From Chiloscyllium plagiosum (Eukaryota), in NCBI RefSeq assembly GCF_004010195.1, contig NC_057749.1, forward strand, positions 5,923,344 to 5,987,343: 64,000 nucleotides of DNA, read 5' to 3'. Both the position numbers and the translations under genes were made by a program. Each line of letters starts with the position of its first letter. The stretch's first letter is position 1. Under the pieces are notes generated by a model that was not told the DNA's origin, made no database searches, and worked only from the letters and a program-made list of their open reading frames with translations. Of this stretch, positions 58,815 to 64,000 are shown in pieces.

Positions 58815-61275
58815 GAGTCATACAGCATGGAAACAGACCCTTCAGTCAACTCATCCTCACCGATCAGATGTCTCAAACTGGTCTAGTCCCCTTTGCCAGC
58901 ATTTGGCCTGTACCCCTCTAAATCCTTCCCATTCATACACTCATCCAAATGCCTTTTAAATGCTTTAATTGTACCAGCCTCCACCATTTCCTCTGGCAGC
59001 TCATTCCATACACCCACCAGCCTCTGCCTAAAAAAACGTTGTCCCTTAGGTCCCTTTTAAATTTTTCTCCTCTCACCTTAAACCTATGCCCTTTCACTTT
59101 AAACCCATGGACTCCCTTACCCTGGGGAAAAGGCATTGGCTATTCATCCTACTCAAGCCCTTCATGATTTTATAAATCTCTATACAGTCATCTATCAGTC
59201 TTCTACACTCCAGGGAAAATAACCCCAGTCTATTCAGCTTCTTCCTTTCGCTCAAGCTCTCCAACATTCTTGTAAATCTTTTCTGAACCCTTTCAAGTTA
59301 AAATCTTTCCTGTAGCAGCGAGACCAGAATTGAATGCAGTATTCCAAACGTGGCCTCACCTGTGTCCTGTACAGTTACAACATGACGTTCAAACTCCTAT
59401 ACTTAATGCGCTGGCCAATGACGGCAGGTGTACCAAATGCCTTCTTCACCACCCTGTCCATCTGCAACTCCATTTTCAAGGTTAACTCTGTACCTGCACC
59501 CCTCGGTCTTTTTGTGCGGCCACACACCCCAGGGCCCTACCATTAATTATATCAGTCAGCCCTTGCCTTATCAAAATGCAACATCTCACATTTATCTAAA
59601 TTAAATTCAGTCTGCCCCTCCTTGGCCAATTGGCCCATCTGATCAAGGTCCTGACATAACCTTCTTTGCTTTCCATTATGTTATCTATCTTGGTATCATC
59701 TGCAAACTTACTAACCATACCTCCTATATTGTTATTGAAATCATTTATCTCTATGATGAAAAGCAGTAGACCCAGCACCAATCCTTGCAACACATTGCTG
59801 GTCACAGGTCTCCAGTCTGAAAACGAACCCTCCATCACCACCACTGTCTCCTACCTTCAAGCCAATTTTGTATCTAATTGGCTAGGTCTGCATTGATTCC
59901 ATGTGATCTAACCTTGCCAACCAGTCTACCATGCGGAACCTTGTCAGAATCCTCTCCAACAACTTACTCACCACCGATGTAAAGCTTACCCACTGGTCTA
60001 TAGTTCCCTAACTTTTCCATATAGCCTTTCTTAAACAATGGCACCACGTTAGCCAACCTCCCATCTTCTGGCTCCTCATCTATGGCCGTTGATGATACAA
60101 ATATCTCAACAAGGGGACCAAACACCGCCACTAGCTTCCCACAAAGTTCTGGAGTACACCTAATCAGATTCCAGGGATTTATGTACCTTTATGCATTTTA
60201 AGATTGCCAGCACCTCCTCTTCTATAATATGGTCACTTATCAAGACATCACTAATTATTTGACCAAGTTCCCTAGCTCCCATGTCCTTCTCTACGGTAAA
60301 TACTGATGCAAAACATTTGTTTAGTATCTCACCTGTCTCCTGTGGTTCAACACATAGATGGTCTCGTTGATTACTAAGGGGCCCTATCCTCCTGCTAGTT
60401 ACTCTTTACCCTTAATGCATTTGTAGAATCTCTTTGGATACTCCTTAATCTTATTTGCCAAAGTTATCGCATGTGCCCTTTTTGCCCTCCTGATTTCCCT
60501 CTTCGGTATACTCCTCCTGTCTTTATACCCTTCAGGGATCCACTCCATCCCAGCTGTCTTTACCTGCCGTATGCCTCCTTCTTTTTCTTGACCAGAGTCT
60601 CAATTTCTCTAGTTATGCAGCATTCCCTACGCCCACCAGCCTTGCCCTTCACCCGAACAGGAATATTCTGTGTCTGGACTCACGTTATCTCATTTTTAAA
60701 GGCCTCCTACTTTCCAACCATCCCTTAACCTGTAAATAGCCTCTCCCAGTCAGCTTTTGAAAGTTCTTGCCCAATACCATCAAAATTGCCCTTTCTCTAA
60801 TTTAGAACTTTAACATTCAGATCAAGTCTATCCTTTTCCATAACTGTTTTAAAACTAACTGAATTATGATTATTTGCCCCAAAGTGCTCCTCACGTGATA
60901 CCTCCCCCACTTGCAGTAGCTCAGTGGTTAGCACTGTTGCCTCACAGCACCAGGGTCCCAGGTTTGATTCCAGCCTCAGGTGACTGTCTGTGTGGAATTT
61001 GCACATTCTCCCAGTGTCTCCATGGGTTTCCTCTGGATGCTCCGGTTTCCTCCCACAGTCCAAAGATGTGCAGGTCAAGTGAATTGGCCATGCTAAATTG
61101 CCCGTAGTGTTCGGTGCATTAGTCAGAGGGAAATGGGTCTGGGTAGGTTGCTCTTCAGAGGGTCGGTGTGGACTGGTTGGGTCGAAGGGCCTGTTTCCAC
61201 ACTGTAGGGAATCTAATCTAATCTAATCATTTCCCAAGGTCAAGTTTTGCTCCTTCTCTAGTCGGTACAACCACA
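58815..61275 (-). mobile_element. Long degenerate CR1 LINE (about 2.1 kb plus inserted SINE)
   Basis: Minus DWRPVTS..QGLVLGLLLF..KFADD; 3' tail at 58815. Confidence 0.9.
60915..61228 (+). mobile_element. HE1-like V-SINE inserted in CR1
   Basis: gctcagtggttagcactg...(AATCT)n. Confidence 0.92.
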
Positions 61276-61282
61276 TGAAATC

Positions 61283-61420
61283 ATAGAATTACAGTGTGGA
61301 AGCAAGCCATTCAACCCATTAACTCTGCGCCAACCCCCCGAAGATCATCCCAACTAGACCCTCCTCTATGCCCTATTTTGGTAACCCTGCACTTCCAATG
61401 GTTAATCTACCTAACCCATG
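61283..61420 (-). mobile_element. HE1-like SINE 3' part
   Basis: atagaattacagtgtggaagcaagcc. Confidence 0.65.
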
Positions 61421-62319
61421 TTCCCCAATATCTATAAATACAAGTGTAAAGTTCTTGTGGTATAATAGTAGTGTCCCTGCCTTTGAACCAGGAGACCTGC
61501 GGTTAAGTCCCGCCTACTCCAGGGGTGCGTACTAGTACATTGATTAAAAGAAAATAGTTTCTCTAATGGGGTACAGTACTAGGGAGGGTTACCTTAAAGT
61601 TAGAGTTTAGCAACAGAATCTGTATAACTAATGAACAGTGTGGACAATGGCAGGAAACTTTGGAAAATTAGATAAGATGTCCAGCAAATGCCCATTTTCT
61701 AACCAAGTGTTGAACATTAAGAGGAGTGGTGAAGAATCGAAGGAGATGAGCCTGTGTGGGACAGTTGTTAGTACTGGCACAGTTGCAGGGATGATAGTGA
61801 GGTGTTGTGAGTGAATGAGAAGGCAGTACAGAAGGCATGCAGCATTAGTAAGGTGGAGGAATTGGGATGGGCAAGAGCAGGTGGGGGGTCGGCACCGTAT
61901 GAGCCTTTGGTGGGAGATGGGTGCAGTAACAGAGTTAGATTGAGTGTGAGGCAATGGAGAGAAGAGGGTGGCACTTTGCCTGGCAGAGTGAAGGAGATAG
62001 TTACTTCTTACATACCTGGGAATTCCTCCAGATGATAGAGAGTAGGTGGCATCCTTGGAGCAGGCCGGCAGGGTATGGTACTGAAGTAAGAGGATGCCCC
62101 CTACTCTGCACCATTTCAGGATCTCCAGTTCCCCGCCCGAAAAGCAGGATAACCATTTCTCCTCATCTACCATGACAGGGACAAATGAATCAAACTGTAC
62201 AGGGCAGCACCTGATTGACAACACTTGACTGGGACATGAACTTTTAACTGTGGCATCCCAGAATCCCCTGATTCCTAAGATGGCAGGACTGATGTACAAA
62301 CAGAGACTGGATCGGGCAG

Positions 62320-62705
62320 GACTATATTCACTGGCATTTAGAAGAATTGCATAAAAGCCTATCAAATTCCGACAGGACTAGACAGAGTAAATGCCAGAAG
62401 GATGTTTCCAATGACTGGGAAGCCCAGAAGCAGGATCACAGTCTAAAGATATGGGCCAGGCTGTTTCGAACTGAAACTTCTTCACCCTAGGAGTGGGGAG
62501 CCTGTGGAATTCTCTGCCATGAAAAGTGTTTGAGGCCAAAATATTGAATGTTTTCAAGAAGGAGTTAGATATAATTCTTAGGTCGAAAGGGATCAAAGGA
62601 TGTGGGGAGAAAGCAGGATAAAGGTACTGAGTTGGATGATCAGCCACAATCATATTGAATGGGGGAGCAGGCTCAAATGGCTGAATGGCATACTCCTGCT
62701 CTTTT
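62320..62705 (+). mobile_element. Older CR1 3' end
   Basis: ttcttcacc...ctgtggaattctctgcc...gaatggcatactcctgctc. Confidence 0.78.
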
Positions 62706-63442
62706 TTGCTGTTTCTCTGAGACATCGCTAGCACATGGATCTGAGCTCCTTTGCCACTTTCCTGCTAAAGAACAGGCAAGATAACTTTGTGCAAGGGTAT
62801 TATAATGTTACAGATGGAATGATTTCACCCCTGAAGCACCAATAATATGAAGGTTGCAGTGGGAACTGTAAACAGAGATGGAGACTTGATGTGCAATGCC
62901 TGGCAACCAAATGAGCCAGTGACTAACGCAGTCAGATTGTTAAGTCAATCCATGTCATTTTTTTTTTCTGCTCAGGAGCTCAGACCTGGCACACGCGGTG
63001 ATAATCACAGAGCCTGAAATATAAATGTCAATCCATTTGATATTGACATCTTTGTCGTTTGCAGCAGAACTGCACAAAATCTGGCGTGGCAACTCCTCCT
63101 ACCTAATTATGGTACTTTACTACAACCGATTCATGGATTCAGCCTTATCAGCAGCTCTCCGTGCCTGCTTCCTCAGAACAAAGAACACTGATGGTTAGGA
63201 GGTGCAGGGCCACAGTTCAGAGAGTCTCAATGGAACACCTTCCTGTGAGAGGACTGGCCATCACCAGAAGCAAAAGCAAATATGGCCGTTCTGAAACGGT
63301 TTGCTGAAAATATCATCAACGTCAATTTTGGGAAGATTGTCAGTGACCAGTGAGGAACTGCAATGTTCAAAGTTTGGCAGATACCACTTAACAAGAGCTT
63401 TATATATCACCGTTCAGAACCTCCTGAAATCTCCGATTGCTT

Positions 63443-63770
63443 TGAGCCATGCAGCACAGAAACAGACCCTTCAGTCCCACCAGTCCATGCTGACCATAAT
63501 GCCAAACTGAACTAGTCCCAACTGCCTGTGCTTGAGCCATATCACTGCAAACATTTCCGATTCATCTAAATGTCTTTTAAACATTGTAACTGTACCCTCA
63601 TCCACTCCTCTAGAAGTTCATTTCACACACGAACCACTTTCAGTTTAAAAGAAATTGCCCCTCATCTTTTTTAAATCTTTCTCCTCTCACCTTAAAAATA
63701 TGCCCCCCACCTTGAAATTCCCCCAGCCGAGGGAATAGACACCTGTCATTCACCTTATCTATACCTCTGC
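63443..63770 (-). mobile_element. CR1 3' end
   Basis: cagcacagaaacagacccttc...aaatctttctcctctcacctta. Confidence 0.82.
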
Positions 63771-63819
63771 TTTAAAGCGATTTTAAACTGTAATCACTGT
63801 TGCAATTTAGAAATGTAAT

Positions 63820-64000
63820 TGAATCCCTACAGTGTAGATGCAGGCCATTCGGCTCATACCAATCATCCTGTGGGCATCCCACCCAGACCCAGCTCCCTAC
63901 CTCATCCACATAACCCAGGACTTACCCTGGCCAATCCACCCAACCTACACATCCCTGGACACTATGGGGCAATTTAGCATGGCCAATCTATTTAACCTGC
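63820..64000 (-). mobile_element. HE1-like SINE, truncated by the window edge
   Basis: gaatccctacagtg...caatttagcatggccaatc. Confidence 0.85.

Noticed and set aside
61628..62365. 245-aa minus-strand ORF
   Set aside because: No recognisable domain; starts within a CR1 remnant and runs through purine-skewed sequence; probably chance.

Overview
Repeat-rich vertebrate genomic DNA, almost certainly from an elasmobranch (shark), judged by abundant HE1-type V-SINEs and partner CR1 LINEs. The only recognisable host coding sequence is one 162-nt phase-0/phase-0 exon on the + strand (22452-22613). It encodes the S4-S5 linker, S5 and turret of a hyperpolarization-activated cyclic nucleotide-gated channel, most like HCN4. 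The flanking exons are not in the window, so the rest is probably intronic (>22 kb upstream, >41 kb downstream). The introns contain nested CR1 LINE fragments, several SINE families, Tc1/mariner-type MITEs, solo LTRs, a 35-bp minisatellite (about 50 copies) and a 432-N assembly gap. Two observations stand out. First, several families of short Penelope-like element (PLE) derivatives carry minimal hammerhead ribozyme cores (CUGANGA-stem II-GAAA with a palindromic ACGU/AGCU stem III), often as inverted pairs with 9-15-bp target-site duplications (TSDs), and one copy is still linked to a GIY-YIG endonuclease remnant. Second, two local duplications (about 470 bp inverted, about 365 bp direct) each abut such an element. 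Repeat boundaries are approximate and family names come from motif recognition, not database searches.
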